NCBI GenBank assembly: GCA_013239625.1 | Contig: MU054117.1 | Location: 1,920,011-1,984,010 of the forward strand | Direction: 5' to 3' | Length of the DNA stretch: 64,000 bases | Origin: Lama guanicoe | Taxonomy: Eukaryota | Part shown: positions 14,240 to 28,243 of the stretch, in pieces | How the letters are laid out: each line of letters starts with the position of its first letter | Numbering within the stretch: position 1 is the stretch's first letter | Made by a program: the position numbers and the translations under genes | Notes under the pieces: model-generated | Database searches by the model: none | What the model saw: only the letters and a program-made list of their open reading frames with translations | What the model was told of the DNA's origin: nothing

Positions 14240-14856
14240 GGAGAAAACTCTAGTTCAAAAAGATACATGCACCCCAATGTTCACAGCAGCACTACATACA
14301 GTAGCCAAGACATGGAAGCAACCTAAGTGTCCATCGACAGATGACTGGATGAAGAAGATGTGGGGTGTGTGTGTCTGTGTGTGTGTGTACACACACACAC
14401 AGACACACACACACAATGGAATGCTATTCAACTGTAAAAAAGAATGAAATAATGCCATCTGCAGCAATATGGATGGACCTAGAGATGATCATACTAAGTG
14501 AAGTAAGTCAGACAGAGAGACAAATACCATATGGTGCCACTCATATGTGGAATCTAAAAAAATGATACATAAAAAACAAACTTATGGTTACCCAAAGGGG
14601 AAAAGTGATGGAAGGATAAATCAGGAGTTTGGGATTAACAGACACACACTACGTATATAAGAGATAAACAACAAGGACCTACTATACAGCACAGGGAACT
14701 ATATTCGTTATCTTGTAATAACCTATAATGAAAAAGTATATGAAAAAATATACATACAAACACCTGAATCACTTTGCTGCACACCTGAAACGAACACAAC
14801 CTTGTAAATCAACCATACTTCAATTTTTTTAAAAAATGGGGGAAAAAATGAAAAAC
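14240..14856 (+). mobile_element. 5'-truncated L1 (ORF2 end and 3'UTR) with target-site duplication
   Basis: KDTCTPMFTAAL..AKTWKQPKCPSTDDW and KKNEIMPSAAIWMDLEMIILSEVSQ are L1 ORF2 C-terminal motifs; 13-bp duplication ACTTAATGGTTGT at 14227 and 14857. Confidence 0.92.
14365..14412. repeat. (GT)n/(AC)n microsatellite forming a perfect 48-bp palindrome
   Basis: Checked base by base; centre between 14388 and 14389. Confidence 0.95.
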
Positions 14857-17715
14857 ACTTAATGGTTGTTTCATTTTGTGATGATTTTCATATATGCACC
14901 TGAACACCCCTCCTAGAGAGAAACCGTAACAGAGTCCTCATTCCAAGTGACCCAGCGCAACACCCTGCTCGAGGTATGTGCTGAGCAAATATTTGTTTAA
15001 ATGAATGAGTGAACAGCTCTCATTTTTTTGTCCAAGGGACCCATTTTTCTATCCGTTAACGATTCTGGTGGCTTCTCTCTGAAGTTACTCCAACTGCGGT
15101 TGTATCTTTTTCTACATGTGGAACCCAAATTGCACATCCCCGGTATCAAACTACTGGGTTATTCCACGGAGGGAGGAGGTACGCTCCCCTGTCATTGCTT
15201 CGCCACCCTGGAGTTTGTAACTGCCCTCCCTCCATACACTTGTCCCAGCGCCAGATGAGTGCACCAGTCACACAGGGACAGCAAATGAACGGTTCTTGAT
15301 GGCAGAGGCTGGCCTTACGGGTGACAGAAAGGCTGGCGGTGGAATGGGTTGGCAGGGACGGCTAGAGAGAGAGAGGCAGGGTGGCTCGCTGGGAAGCGGG
15401 GCCAAGAGGGGGCTCCAGCTGCTGCAGTCTCCAGGGAGTAGAGGAGGGAACGCTAGCAAGCCCCTCCCCAGCTCTAGTCTGGCTCCCCTGCTCCCCATCC
15501 TGAAAAAGAGCTGGGAGGAAGACTATAAGACAAGAGAGGACTCTGACGGGTGATGTCTACGCTTCTTAAAATCAAAGAAGGATGGGAGACGTGGATCCAG
15601 AAACCACAGCCACTGTCTAAATCTCACCGTGAAAGGAAATCAAGAGTGGAACACGACACGACAGCCCAGCACGAGGGGCCGCCTGACAGCAGGTGGGCTT
15701 CAGGGCTCTAGGAGGCTGAGAACAGGGTACCCGTGCTCCATCAGTGCCCAGGCTTGGACCCCCGTTACAAACGAGGCTCAGGGAAACAGAAATTCAATTC
15801 TGGAATGGGAAGCTGGGAACATTCTTCTGGAGAAGGGTCAGTTTGGAAAAGGAAACAAAGAATAATGAAACCCAGTCAGAGAATTAAGATTCATCTAGAA
15901 GAGAAAACAAACAGACCCAAGAACTGACGGCTAAGGACGAGACACCAACAGGAGCCAGAGGCCGGGAGCCAGGGTGCGGGGTTATGACTGCGGCAAGCTG
16001 GTTCCGGGCTCTGAGGGGAAAATGCTCGGAGGGAAAGGAAAGGAAAAGTACGTGCTGGGGCGGGAAGGAGGAAGGGGAGCCACTCATTTCAGGCTCACAA
16101 AGCAGCTGCTTTCGTCTGTTTTTAATCTGTGCAGAGGGTCCACTGGCTACCCATGAACAAGATGGCGGGTGTCCCAGCGGGGAGAGAAGGGAGACCCCCC
16201 AGGGCCTCCCGCCCACCACGTCCATCGGGGCTCGCCCGCTTGGCACTCTGAGTGGCCGTGGTATGGCAGAGTAGGTTCACGCGCTTTCAGAGGACAGACA
16301 AGACCGGGGACAGCAGGACCAGCTGTGGGAAAGCAGACTGGCCCTCAGAAGGCAGAGCCCTCCTCCTCAGAGCTGTGGGCTGACTGGGCAGAGCCTCGCT
16401 CTCGGCGTGCCGAGCTCTCCGACCCCGGAGATGCTCGGGCAGGGGAGACCACCAGTCTCCCTGCCCACGTTGAAGGGAACCTCGGAGATCATTTAGTCCA
16501 ACCTCCTCCTTCCACCTGAGAAGCCGTCATTTCCCCCTGGACTCCCGGGCCAGTTAGCAGCAGACCCAGGAATGGAACCCCCGTCTCCTGACGCACAGCC
16601 AAAATGATTTCAACTGCCACAGCGTGAGCGGTTCCGCCATAAATAACTCTCTTCCCTGAACCAGCTGTTACTGACCCGAGTAACTCCCTGTCTTTGGCCA
16701 CAAGAGGAGGCAGAGCGCCACACCCAGCCCTGGCAGGGCAGCTGACACAAGAACTTAGAGCATCTTCGCACCAGAGTCCCGTCAGGCACTCCTTCAGCGT
16801 CCTGAACGGGGAAGGTTTATTACACCAGACAACGTGCTGTAATTATAAAGCCCCACCTCCCAGGCTTGGGAAGGGCACCTGGTAGTTCTGGGAGCTTCCC
16901 CCACCCCCCCAAATATTACAGTGACTGTCTACACAGTCCCTGACACTTCGGGAGTTCTCCTTGACTCCGTCAGTAGGAGACTGAAAATCACCTCAGGCAG
17001 CCATGCCTGCCGGAGCGAAGAAAGAGGCCACCCCCTCCAGTTCTCCCAGGAGGAAACTGAGGCACAGAAAAATCAAGCGGCTCTGGCTCAGTCGAAAAGA
17101 CAAGTAGGAACCTCCCCACTCCTGGCCCACGGAGCTGCCCTCTGCCCTCTGAGAGGGTCTGGGGTTCAGCCCATTCCGCCGGCTTCCTGAGGGGGGCGGC
17201 AGACAACCTGGTGGGGCGGGGTGGGGGTGACCAGGGCCAGGAGAGGGGACCGCTCAGGGAGGAGGAGGGAGACTCGCAGGAAGAGGAAGGGGCGAGGAGG
17301 GGAGTGGCGTGTGGAAGAGGGGGAGGCGAGTGGCCCCCGGAGGTGCTGTTAAAATGAAGGACCCCAGAAAACGCAGCCAGGGAGCAGGAGCGAGCCGCGG
17401 GGAAGGCGGGGAGCAGTTCGGGCAGCGCGGCCCGGAGCGCGCGGCCCGGGTGGAGGCGGCCAAGGGCACCTCGGACACGGACCCCAGCCCGCGCGGACCG
17501 CGCTTCCCTTCCAGCGGGTCTGCGAGCCCAGCGCGGCCGGGGTGCCCAGGTCCCGGCCGGCGTGCCCCCAGCCCCACGCCGGCGCTCGGCTCCGCGGCTC
17601 CCTCGCCGTCCCTCGGGCGCGGGCGCCCGGCACCTGGAGCCCACGCGAGGCGAAGCGCGGGTCTCCGCTGGGGGGCGGTCCCCCGACGCAGCAGCCGCGC
17701 CCGGGCGCTACTTAC

Positions 17716-17884
17716 TCCGGTTCAGGGGGTTCCCGCCGACCTGGGCCGACGCCGCCAGCTCCAGATAGAGAGTCCAGAGCCCCAGGGACACCAGGGCGAG
17801 CAGCAGCAGCAGCCGGAAGCGCCTCCGCAGCAGCTTGAGCGGGCGCTGGAGCAGCAGGAGCCCCGCAGCCCGGGGGCCCCCCAT
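17716..17884 (-). CDS. B4GALNT3: Beta-1,4-N-acetylgalactosaminyltransferase 3, coding exon 1 (cytoplasmic tail and type II transmembrane anchor); downstream exons lie left of the window
   Basis: ATG at 17884 in GCCATGG context gives [56 protein letters not shown], closely matching the recalled human N-terminus ([56 protein letters not shown]). 169-nt exon ends at donor A|GTAAGT. Neighbour of CCDC77 as in human. Confidence 0.96.
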
Positions 17885-17914
17885 GGCGCTGCGCCCCCGG
17901 CCCGGCCCCGCGCC

Positions 17915-18104
17915 NNNNNNNNNNNNNNNNNNNNNNNNNNNNNNNNNNNNNNNNNNNNNNNNNNNNNNNNNNNNNNNNNNNNNNNNNNNNNNNNNNNNNN
18001 NNNNNNNNNNNNNNNNNNNNNNNNNNNNNNNNNNNNNNNNNNNNNNNNNNNNNNNNNNNNNNNNNNNNNNNNNNNNNNNNNNNNNNNNNNNNNNNNNNNN
18101 NNNN
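17915..18104. other. Assembly gap (190 N)
   Basis: Run of N in the GC-richest part of the B4GALNT3 5' region. Confidence 0.99.
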
Positions 18105-21100
18105 CTCGGCCCCGCCCCCGGGCACAGGTGGGCCCCGCCCCCGGGCAGCCCTGGGATGGGGAGAGAACCGCGAAAGGTCACCCGCGCCTCCGCCGACTCG
18201 GGGTGCGTGGGGGGCAGGAGGGGCGAGTTCTGATCCGGACTCTGTGCCTGAGGGAGGCCGGGCCGCCGCCCAGGACTTGGCAGTGTTGCTCCCCACGCAG
18301 AAGTGAGGTCGAAGCTGAGTGGACGCGGACGCGGGCGCGGGGCGGGGGTCGTGCTGGAGAGGCTTTGGCTTGGGGCCTTTCTTGGCCTGCAGCGACCCTA
18401 CCCCTGCCTCAGACGAGCTGGGAAGCCATGGCCACTTAATTCAGCCAGTCTCCGCTTCCCAGTCGGATTTCAGGACCCTAACTTCCTAGCCATAACCACA
18501 TGTCCGAGAGGCCCTGGGAGAGTTCTCCGGCCGCTGGCGTGAACCCCGAGTTCACGAGTTTATCCCCACAGCTGTTGTGAGAGCAGATGTTGGAGGGTTC
18601 TGAGGAAGAATTACCCCAAAAAAGGAGAAGGGCAAGGGGAAGGAACTCACTCCTAGAGGTAAAACGTTCATCAAGATATTCTGAATTCCAGTTCTGGGCC
18701 TTCAGGCGGGTAAAACATTACTGTCTGGTTTAAATGAGATAATTAAGGGCGTGGGGGGGGGCACGGTGGGCTGCCTAAGGGCCTTCATCACGTAGTAGTA
18801 CAGTTTTTTATTTTTCCATTTTTTCTCCTGGGACTATGGAGAAAGGGGAGGGTCAAAAGCATTCCCGCACTTTTTAAAACCAAATAAACAACATGCAAAT
18901 AATGTTCAAAGACAGGAGTTCACATAATTGAGCGCCGCGTTTCCCTTCTCTCTGCGACCGCTGTAGCTGGATGTCTGACTGTCAGATAGTCTCTCCTGGG
19001 CCACTGTACCTTGTTCTAACCGGCCCCTTACTCCAGGCCCCCACCCACACCCTCCCCTACCACCCTTTCCCCTACCACCAGATCATCTTTAAAGCTGTTA
19101 ACACATCCACACCCCTGCTCAAAACCGTTTACTGTCTCCCCAGTGCTTACTGATTAAAGTTCACACTGCAAATCTGGAATTCAAGGCCTTCTAAAACCTC
19201 TTCCAACTTTATGTGACAATGTGAAAGCTAAAATGAGTTTAATTCGCTGCCTCCAGCACATTGTCCTTTTCAGCTGGACAGGTCTGACCCCTCCTTCAAG
19301 GTCCATTTCAGGACTATGAAGCTTTCCTGGACCAGCCCAGTCTTGGAGCAACCCCATCCTCCTTGGCGCTGTCTTACAGCTGATGGTCCACACTCCCCAC
19401 CCCACTCCACCCCAGGACACCCTCAGGACGCAGCACAAGGTCCAGAGCACTCAGGACTGCTTGAGGGTGGTGGCAGAAGTACAGCAAACATCCCCTAGGG
19501 CTCTCCGTGTGGTTCTTTAGCAAAAGGACAATTCTCTATGACAGCCCCAGGGAAATGTCTCTGTGAAGCCACAGATGTGTGCTCCTCTTACCAAAGACTG
19601 AGACAGGAACGGCCAGAATGTACAAGCTTGGCCAGGCGGGCGGGAGGTGACCAGGGTCCCTGTCCGTGGCATCTCTCGCTCTCACTGGGGGCAACCATGC
19701 TGGATGTTAAGCTGAGTCAGCTTTCAGGACTTTGTCATGGCAATAGGTGGCAGCCCCAGGATTCTTTGCTCAAGACTGGCCCTCCTCAGAAGTATGCAAA
19801 CCGCTCCACTCAACCAGACCCTTGAATGTTTATTATGTGGGAACTGGGAGAGAGAGAAAACCAGGAGGGTGCTGTTTAGTTGAGGAAAAAAGATAGTCCA
19901 GTAAAAAAAGAAAGCTGACACTTCAAAGGCTGAGTTTCTGGTCCAAATAGTGAATTCCAAAGAAATTTAGAAAAGGAAAGACATCACTCTGCACCTCTCA
20001 TTTCTGCCCCCACCTCTTCTCAGTGCTACTCTGTCCCTCACCTTGAGCAGATTGTTACGTTCCCTGCTTTGGTGAGCGGGCGCAGGCGTGGGGAGGGGCA
20101 AGGCCAGGAAGCCCCTCTTCTGTACTCTCTCCTGGTGTGGCTGCCTCACACCCAGACCCTCCTTCCGGACTGCTTGCTCCAGATCCCTTCTCCACTTCTG
20201 CTGACGTCACAGCAGGGGAGGATCTGGACTTGGAGACCCAAATTCCCCTCCCAATCAATGAGCTGGCTGTCATCCTCCCTCAGGTCCAGAGGGATTCCGG
20301 AGACCGGTTTCGCTGGCACGCTGTTGCTGCCAGTGTCTGCTCATCGTCCTGTCGAGGTAACTGGATGCCCACCGGTTCTTCTGACGCTTTTCTGCATCCT
20401 CCACTCTCCCACCTCAGCCCCGGCACCTGGCCGGAATGGGTCATATCGCACAAACTGCCCCGAAAGGGAGAAAGAAGCCCCAGCATGCCACCTGTAATGC
20501 TGATGGGACAGGCTCCGGCCTTCGGTCTGGCGAGAACGTCAGGATCAAGTCAAAGCACAGAGGTTGTTCTCCCAAGTGACAGGCCTTGTGAGAGAAGTCA
20601 GCCTAAGCTTTTTCAAATGGGCCGAGGGTCGCACAGGAAGCAGAAAATCCTGATTTGTGGAAGGGAAGGGTGGCCAGTGACCAGGAGCTCTGTCAGCAGA
20701 ACTCTTGTACCCAGAGCGGTTCTTATTCTAGACTGCAGGGACGTCAGAGCAGACCAGCTCCCACGGCCCCCGCTCCCCTCCCGCTTCCGAAGACCTGACG
20801 TCTACTTGGTGACGCAGCGCCTTTGAGCGTCCAGAGGAGTGTACATCTACGACGTGTGTTTGATTTCTCGCCATCATGTAGGAACAGCAGGGGAGGCGTT
20901 CTCCTCTCTTTTACAGACAGACTTCACAAGCAAGCCTCAGTTTCTTGAAGGTGACCTGCACCCTGTGAGTGACGGACTCGGGACTAGTCTCAGCTCTTCA
21001 GCCTCCGGCCCTCTTCCACGGACCCGAGTCCTCCTCCTCCCGCCTGGCCTTCCGCACTCCTTGACGCCCGTGCAGACCCTCACTCTCCCCTTCTCTTTTA

Positions 21101-24100
21101 TTTACTTCAGGAGCTTCCCTGCTATTCAAATGCCTTTCGTGGAGATAACTTCGTTGGAAATTCCGATGATAAATCAATCCTCTGGATCCCTGGGCCATCA
21201 CTAAAGCCAGTGCCTTGGACTGAGACACAGAGCTGTGAGTTCCTCTGAGAGAATTCCTAATGGAGAGAAGAGCGGTGCTAAGGCTCTATCCCCAGGGGCC
21301 ACGGTCGACTCCTGTAAGTCACTCGTACCCAGAGCTGCAGGTTTCTCGGATTCCATTCTGCAGACAGGAAACCGGCTCAGAGACGAGAAATAACACTCAA
21401 GGTGATGTAGGTCTCAGATGGGACTCAAACTCAGGCGTTCTACCTTCACACCCAGCACTTCTGTTTCCCCTTTGCATGTGTTGCTACCCTGGAAGTTCCC
21501 CTGGAGAAATACATTCACCCTGGAAACCATGAGCTCACTCTCAGCACATCCATAACTCACTGGCCACATGATCGTCCTTCTCACCCTCTCCTCCCCACCC
21601 TCGTCAGGGCTGCCAGACCACACTTTACTTTTTCCTGTCCCTTCCATCCACGAGTCCATCTTTCAGAAACCGTCCTGCAGAGCTTGCTCCTGTGGAGAAC
21701 AATCCCAGGAGAAGGTGGAAACCCTCACTGAGTGCTGCTTATTGGCGACTTCTCCTGATTTCCAACGCAGCTGAGCCCTTCTGTGTGGCCAACAGAAAGG
21801 ACTGTATGGACCCTGGCCAAGCCCCACCCCTCAGCTCCTGCATCTGTGGTCCTGAATCACTCTGCCTGCTAGACTAGGGGAAGATGGATATTTACCATCC
21901 TGATAGAGGAATGTGTGCAAGACTACGTCTCGGAGACTTAAAGGAACCAGAGGAAGAGGGCTAAGACTCTGTGCTGAAGGGTCGGAACAAAGCGCACTGG
22001 CTGGGAAGATCCCAGGCAATTCACATGCTGAGAGCTTATGAGTCCATCTCCCTCCCAGTCCTCAAGCGTGATGTGTGACCCAGACCAGAAGGATGTGCTC
22101 TGAAGCTTGTCTGGCATCCATGGCAGAGCCTGGCTTCCCTCCCCAGCCTGCAGGGTGCTTGCCTCCAAATGACGCCAGGCTCCCCCAGCGTCCTGCCCCC
22201 GGGGAAGAGGATCCTCTAGCAAGTCAACAATTATCCACGCTGAAAAATCGGTTTTCAACTAAGTAAAACCCATTATTTCCCTCCACTCAGGTTTGCTTCG
22301 TGGCTGGGAAGCCTACAAGGAGAAAGGGTGTACGGCAGACTTGGTCGTTCAGGTGTTGGTGTAGAAACAGGGACTAAGTCAGCGCTCCCTGAAGCTCCAC
22401 GCACCGTCTCTCTGACGCAGAACTCCGCGGAGTCTACTGCGCCTTCCCTGGGAAGGCGCTCTCTGCCACCTGCTACGCCTGCTATGGCAGCACAGCTCAG
22501 GGCCCGGAGCACAGCCCACAGCCCTGACAACATGTTCACAGTCTCCAAGCTGCGTGGTTCACCACGGCCCCAGGCCCACGGTCCACGGCACTCAGGACTC
22601 CAAGTGACCTCTTCGTGCTTCCTTCTTTTCTCCCAAGGACACACCCACGGGCTTGGTCCCCAGGAGCACACCCCCCGGCTCTCTGGCGCTGCCCTCCGCA
22701 GCCCTGAGGGTGTTCTCAGCATTTGCCAGACAAGCTGTAGGTCTCCTGGCCTCTGAGTGAAGCTGGCTTTCCCGCCTCTGGAGAAATAAATTCCGCGTGC
22801 ATCTCCTGCTCTGACTTCACTTCTCCCGCCCCTAACGGTGGGGTCGGCGACCTCATCTGCTGTGCATTCCACAATCTGTGGTCCTTTGGCAGCACCCAGC
22901 CCAGAGGTCGTAATGCTCTAATAACGCACGTGGTTCTGCCTCCGGTTCCCAGGAGGTCTGCCTCTGCTGAAGCCCGTTCACGAGAGGATGTCTTCCTCTA
23001 ATGAGGCAGACGCTGCACCCGGTCGTAGCCAAGAGGCCAAGAAGCGATCCGACGAAGCAGAAATGGAAGCACGGATGGTCCTGCCCCTGCCTCGAATATG
23101 GCTGAATCCACTCATCCGCTGGGGACACTGCGGGCAGCCCAGGCAAGTGGCCAGCACGGCTGTATTAACCTACCTTATGGCTTTGCTGGGGAAGAACAAT
23201 GGTCCTCAAGGCAGGACATGTGCAGAGTGCCGCAAAACAGCTCAAGTGCTCGAGCCCCAGACAGACTTTCTGAAAACCTCCTTTGTTTAAGTTCACAGGG
23301 CCAGGCTGTGAACCCTGGTGTGAGCACCCCAGCCGTGCCACTTAGCACTCAATCACTGCGGCATCTCGATGGCCCGTCTCAGGTTCCCGACGACGGGGAT
23401 GCTGGGCACCACCAGTGGGAGTCGGAGCTGCTGGTTTCAGGTTTCTCGGCTGTGTTATCTAAGAACCGGCTGCTTGGGATTTGATCGGGGCTGGATTGGG
23501 AGAGAGGCAGACGCCGTCTTTTCCCCAGAACAGACTACTCTTTGAGCTCTGCCGCCACCCGGACTGGGGATGGAAGAGAGAAAACACAAACCCCCACTGT
23601 ATGTGGTTCTTCAGAATTTAGCTTGGCCAGGGAGAGGGAAAGTTAAAGAGCCACATGGCGCTTCCACTCCCCACGCCCTCTGCCGGCAGCAAACCCCATC
23701 CACTGAGGCTTGCCAGACTGGAAGGGGGTCAGGGTGGGGACCAGAAGCACTTCTGACCTCCTCAGCAGCAGCCCAGCCTCCCACCCCTTCCAGCTCAACC
23801 CGAGAGCGCTGGGGCAGGAGACTGATTTAAGTCCGTTTGCAGGGACCACCAACGTTCTCATCTGGCCAAGCTAGGAGAAAGGAGAGGAGCCAGTTTAGGG
23901 ACCTGGAACAAGGACCGGCAGTGGAATGAATCAGGAGATGAGGCCTGCCTTCTGTTTTCCTGCGTCCTTGTGTCCTCGCGCGCCAGTGGCGGCGATGGAG
24001 GTCCGGGAGGCTCGGCATGAGGACGGGTCTTCTGGAGAAAGTGAAGGGCTGAATTCTTCCTAAGCTGTTAGAGCTGCTGGAAAACCCTTCTGCCTCAACA

Positions 24101-27100
24101 AAGCAGGTGTCTTGCCCTCGAAAAAGGGCCGTCAGTGCAGGGCAGCGAGAGACGTGTGTGGAGAACCTTTTCTTCTGTCACCTCAGGTCTTTTAGGGGAC
24201 ATGCCACACTCTCACTTGCCTTCGGAGTATTTAGAAGGCGACCACAGAGCTGTCCAGTCTCTGAACTGACTTTCGCACCTTGGCCAGCTAGCCTCCGCTC
24301 TGTATTTTCCAGTCCTGGTGTTGTCCTGGCTTTCTAGGTGGAATATGTTGCTTTCAGGTTGGTTTTCCCTTAGATTCTGCATCACTCCTGAGGGCGATCA
24401 CCCCTGCGTTCAGACACCTCCAGAAAAGGAACCTCACGACACTCTTCCCGTTAGTGGCTGGAGTCGTGGGAAGGCAGCAGATCACGCGGAGGGACGGGGG
24501 ACTGCGTGGAGAGCACCGGTCAGAACCCTGGGGACATGAGGAAGGGGAGTCAGAGACGGGGTGGGGGCGCCCGGGGGCAGAGAGGGCAGGGCGGTGCCAG
24601 TGCAGGTGGCAGGGGGCTCCCTCGATACCAGCGCTGGGGAGGTGAGGCTGGGGCACCCCCTTCGACGCACGAGGAGCCGGGAGAGTGGTGAGCTGGAGAG
24701 GGGCCCGGTCGGACTGCACGGAGGTGCAATTCAGAACCCCGAAGACATCAGAGGAGTTAAGCACAGAACATGTAGAGAAAGAGGAGTTTTAGAAGGTTGT
24801 TGACGGGGATGGAGTTCATTCCTTTGACACAAAGCAAAAAAGAGAACAGGGCTATTGGCACACAGACCACAGAGCTATTTTCTGCAGAAGCTTATCAGGG
24901 TCAGGCTGGGCTCGGGGGTGACAGGGAGACTGCGGCAGGGACTCACTCTAGGAGGAGCCCCAGACAGATCACTGAAATCTGGACTCAGTGCTGAGCTGGG
25001 GGCCAAAGAAAACCCTAAGAAAGTCTGCACAGCAGCACAGCATTGGGCTGGCCCAGGTTTTAGGGCCCTCTGTTCAATATTTAATGGTCCTTTACAAATG
25101 TCCACGTTGCCAGGGAAGAGACCCTGGAACAGTCAACACAGTGACAGCAAAACTGTGCTGATTTAAAATTAGCGCTGAAAAAATTGTTTTAAAAATAAAT
25201 AAAATTACACTGATATTGCTCAGTGCTAAGGCGCTCAGTGGATGTGAGACAACTGCGAGCCTAAAGGAGAAGAAAATATCACAAAACCAACACAAGGACG
25301 AGCGCCGTGGTCCAGTTCGGAGCAGCTGGGATGCCCGAGCTGCAGACGAGCGTGTCAAAGCGGAGCGGCTGACGGGGGAGGCTGGGCAAGACGCACACAG
25401 GGTCCCTCCGCTTTCCCTTACAGCCACGTACGCATCTACAAGGACCCAAAACGGGTAGACAGACAGGTGGGTAAGCAGATGGACAGAGGTGAGCTGACTT
25501 ACCAAGCGGTGCAGCCCAGGAAGCAAAGGGGAAAAGAAGCTAAGAAGGGCAAACGGGAGTAACAGCCACCCCTCCAAGGTCACGCGCCCAGAAGGCTGCA
25601 AGGGCGGGGGGGGGGCTGCTGGGGAGTCCTACTGCGCACACTCACACGCCACTGCAGACGTGAATATCAGCATCTGGTAGCTCCAAAAAAAGTGCATCAT
25701 ATCCAACATGAGGGACATCCCACACACAACGACATGGGTGTGCCACGTTGTCACCTTCCACGGGAGGTGATTAAGTGACTGCTCCCGACGCCCAGGCTGT
25801 GTTCACACCAGGCCTGCACTGAAACTGGGTTACCAGCCAGTCGGGAGTGGAAGACTTCACAGCTCAGAACCATGAAGCGCTATTTTCTTGTAGAGACTTA
25901 AAAATACCCCTTTCCAAACACTTTCTTTGCAGTGCCTCTTCCTTCGCTTGGCAGACAAAGCCTCCAGCGCCACCTCTCCACCTGCCTTTGGTTTGGAGGC
26001 TCTGCCTACTCTGACCCCACTCCGATCGTGTGGGGCTCGGCGCCCCCTCCCCGCCCCGACTTGGGAAGCCGGGAGGGCACGTGAAGCAGGCTGACTTGCT
26101 ACAATCCGAGTCTGCTCCCCACTGGCAATGGGAGGTCCAGCCAACTCTGCATCTTTGCCAAGACCTACTCCCACCAGGTCTATCCCTTGCCCCCACCACC
26201 TCCTTCCATCCTCCGAAGCAGCCACTCTTCCCAGGGCCCCCAGCTCACATTCAGTAAATGGCTTCAACTTTAATTTCCGTATGAGTGAGGCACCCACCCC
26301 TTCCCAGTTACCTGCTTATCCGCTCTGATGCCTCCCCCCCACCCCAGGCCCTCCCGCATCTTGCTTCGTGAACACCCCGTCCCCGTCTCCAGTCTCGTCC
26401 TCTGGCTGTGTCCTTCAGTCTGTGAATGCAATTACATCTTCCCCGACCTGAAGTCACCAGAACTCCTTTCCTTGGACTTACCACCTCTAAACCACTTCCC
26501 ATCTTGCTCCCTGTCTCCCTCCTCAGCTGAATACAAGCCGACTTCCATCTCCACTTCACTGGAACTGCTTTCAATCCACCTGCTACTAAATTGCCAAAGA
26601 CAGTATCTCAATTCCCATTTACCTTACTTTTCTACAGCGTTTGACAGCACCGCCAGCCCAGGCTTCCAGACACGCTTTTCCTGTTATTCAGACCATCCCT
26701 TTGCCACCAGCTCTCTCCTCTGATCACCACGGTTTCCCCTCTGTGGCCTTTTCCTCTGATTCCCTACGCTCCCGCTCTGATCTCACCCGCGTCCATGGTT
26801 TGCATCCACGGTGTGTTACCTTCTTTATGCCAACAAGTCTAAAGCTCTGTCTTTAATCCTAACTTCTCCCCTGACTTCCGTCTCCCTATCCTCAAACCTA
26901 CCAGAAACCCACCGCTTCTCACAGATGCTAAGTCTCAGGTAAAGGTGTCACTAAACACACAGTTCCGAAGCCAGACACTCTGGAGTTAGAGAACTACCCA
27001 GAACGCTCCCCTAGCACTCACGTCTCACCCACCGCAGAGGCGACGTCCACCCTGCTCCTGAATGTTTCTCAAGTCTGTCCCTTCCTCTCTGCTCCTAATG

Positions 27101-28243
27101 TCTCCCCTAAGCGCAGACCCTGAGCTCAGCCACCTCCTTTCTCCCGCTCTTGTATGCAGTGAGTGGTGACAGTACAATCCGCTGTTCCAAGTGTTACTGT
27201 AAATCCTGGTGGCCAACCTAGTGTGGTGTGGGTGGAGAGGCAGTGGGGATCATAAGACTGGACAAAAATAACACAGCCAGAGGCTATTTCACGGTGTGAA
27301 AAATCACATACATTTCATGGATAAAAAAGTGATTTATTCCTAAGTGACTCTTAAACACCTAGGCTAAAAGAGAAATTTTAAAAGGCAAAGCAGGTGACAC
27401 TGACGGCTCTTTCCTGAATACCCGAAGCCCGTCCTCTGCTTTGTGCCTGCAGACACTGCAGTAAACCCTGGCATGAAGGGACGTGCCTCACCCTGATGTG
27501 CAGCAAAAACCTTCCCAGAAATAAACATCTCAGATACTCACAATTACGCCATCCTTACTCCTTGCCCCTGATTTTTAAGAAGATGAGTTCGCGTATCAGA
27601 TTCTTTCTTTGTGCATGAAGTGGTATCACTTCACTTCTGATTTTGGTTAATGGGGGTTCCCCCCCATTTTTAAGCAAAACCAAATGTTTTCAATCATTGC
27701 AAAAGATCTTGAAATATTTAACAGACTTACGTTACTGAAGTAAGTGAAATTGCACACCACTTCTTAGCCCCACATTCTGTGACTCTGTCTTCAGTAATGC
27801 ATGTCTCCAAACGTTCCATTCTCACGTTGCCCCTCTACCTGGATTGCCCAGTTGTCTGACTCCAAACTCACCTGAGATTCGCCTCATTTAAGTCACCTTC
27901 TCTGCTTTGTCCTCTGCACCCACAGTGCACATCTGACCACCAATATCTGGAACACAAATGCTGTCTTTGTGTTCTCTATAAACTTAAGATCTAGCACCAT
28001 TTCCAGGATGTACAGAGCATCTAAAACCAAAATGCTGAACTAAGGAATTAATGGTATTAAATACTTCCTGGAATCTGACTGACTATGGTGGGAAATTGAC
28101 AAGAAGTTAACTGAAGTCAAAATACAGAAAATAGTGCAGAACTAAGCCGTTTCATAGACTTAAAAAAACTGATATATAATCCACATAAAATTCACCCTTT
28201 GAAAGTATCCAATTCAGCAGCTTTTAATATATCCAGTTTTTGT

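Larger units (their letters stand above)
17300..18560 (-). promoter_or_regulatory. B4GALNT3: CpG island / promoter of B4GALNT3
   Basis: Very high GC and CpG density around exon 1; GC boxes (CCCCGCCCC) at ~18110-18145 just upstream of the gap. Boundaries approximate. Confidence 0.85.

Noticed and set aside
1..17715. Further B4GALNT3 exons (expected next: [21 protein letters not shown])
   Set aside because: Not found on the minus strand; consistent with a long first intron extending beyond the window.
17309..18439. 376-aa plus-strand ORF across the B4GALNT3 promoter
   Set aside because: Spans the N gap and is antisense CpG-island read-through.
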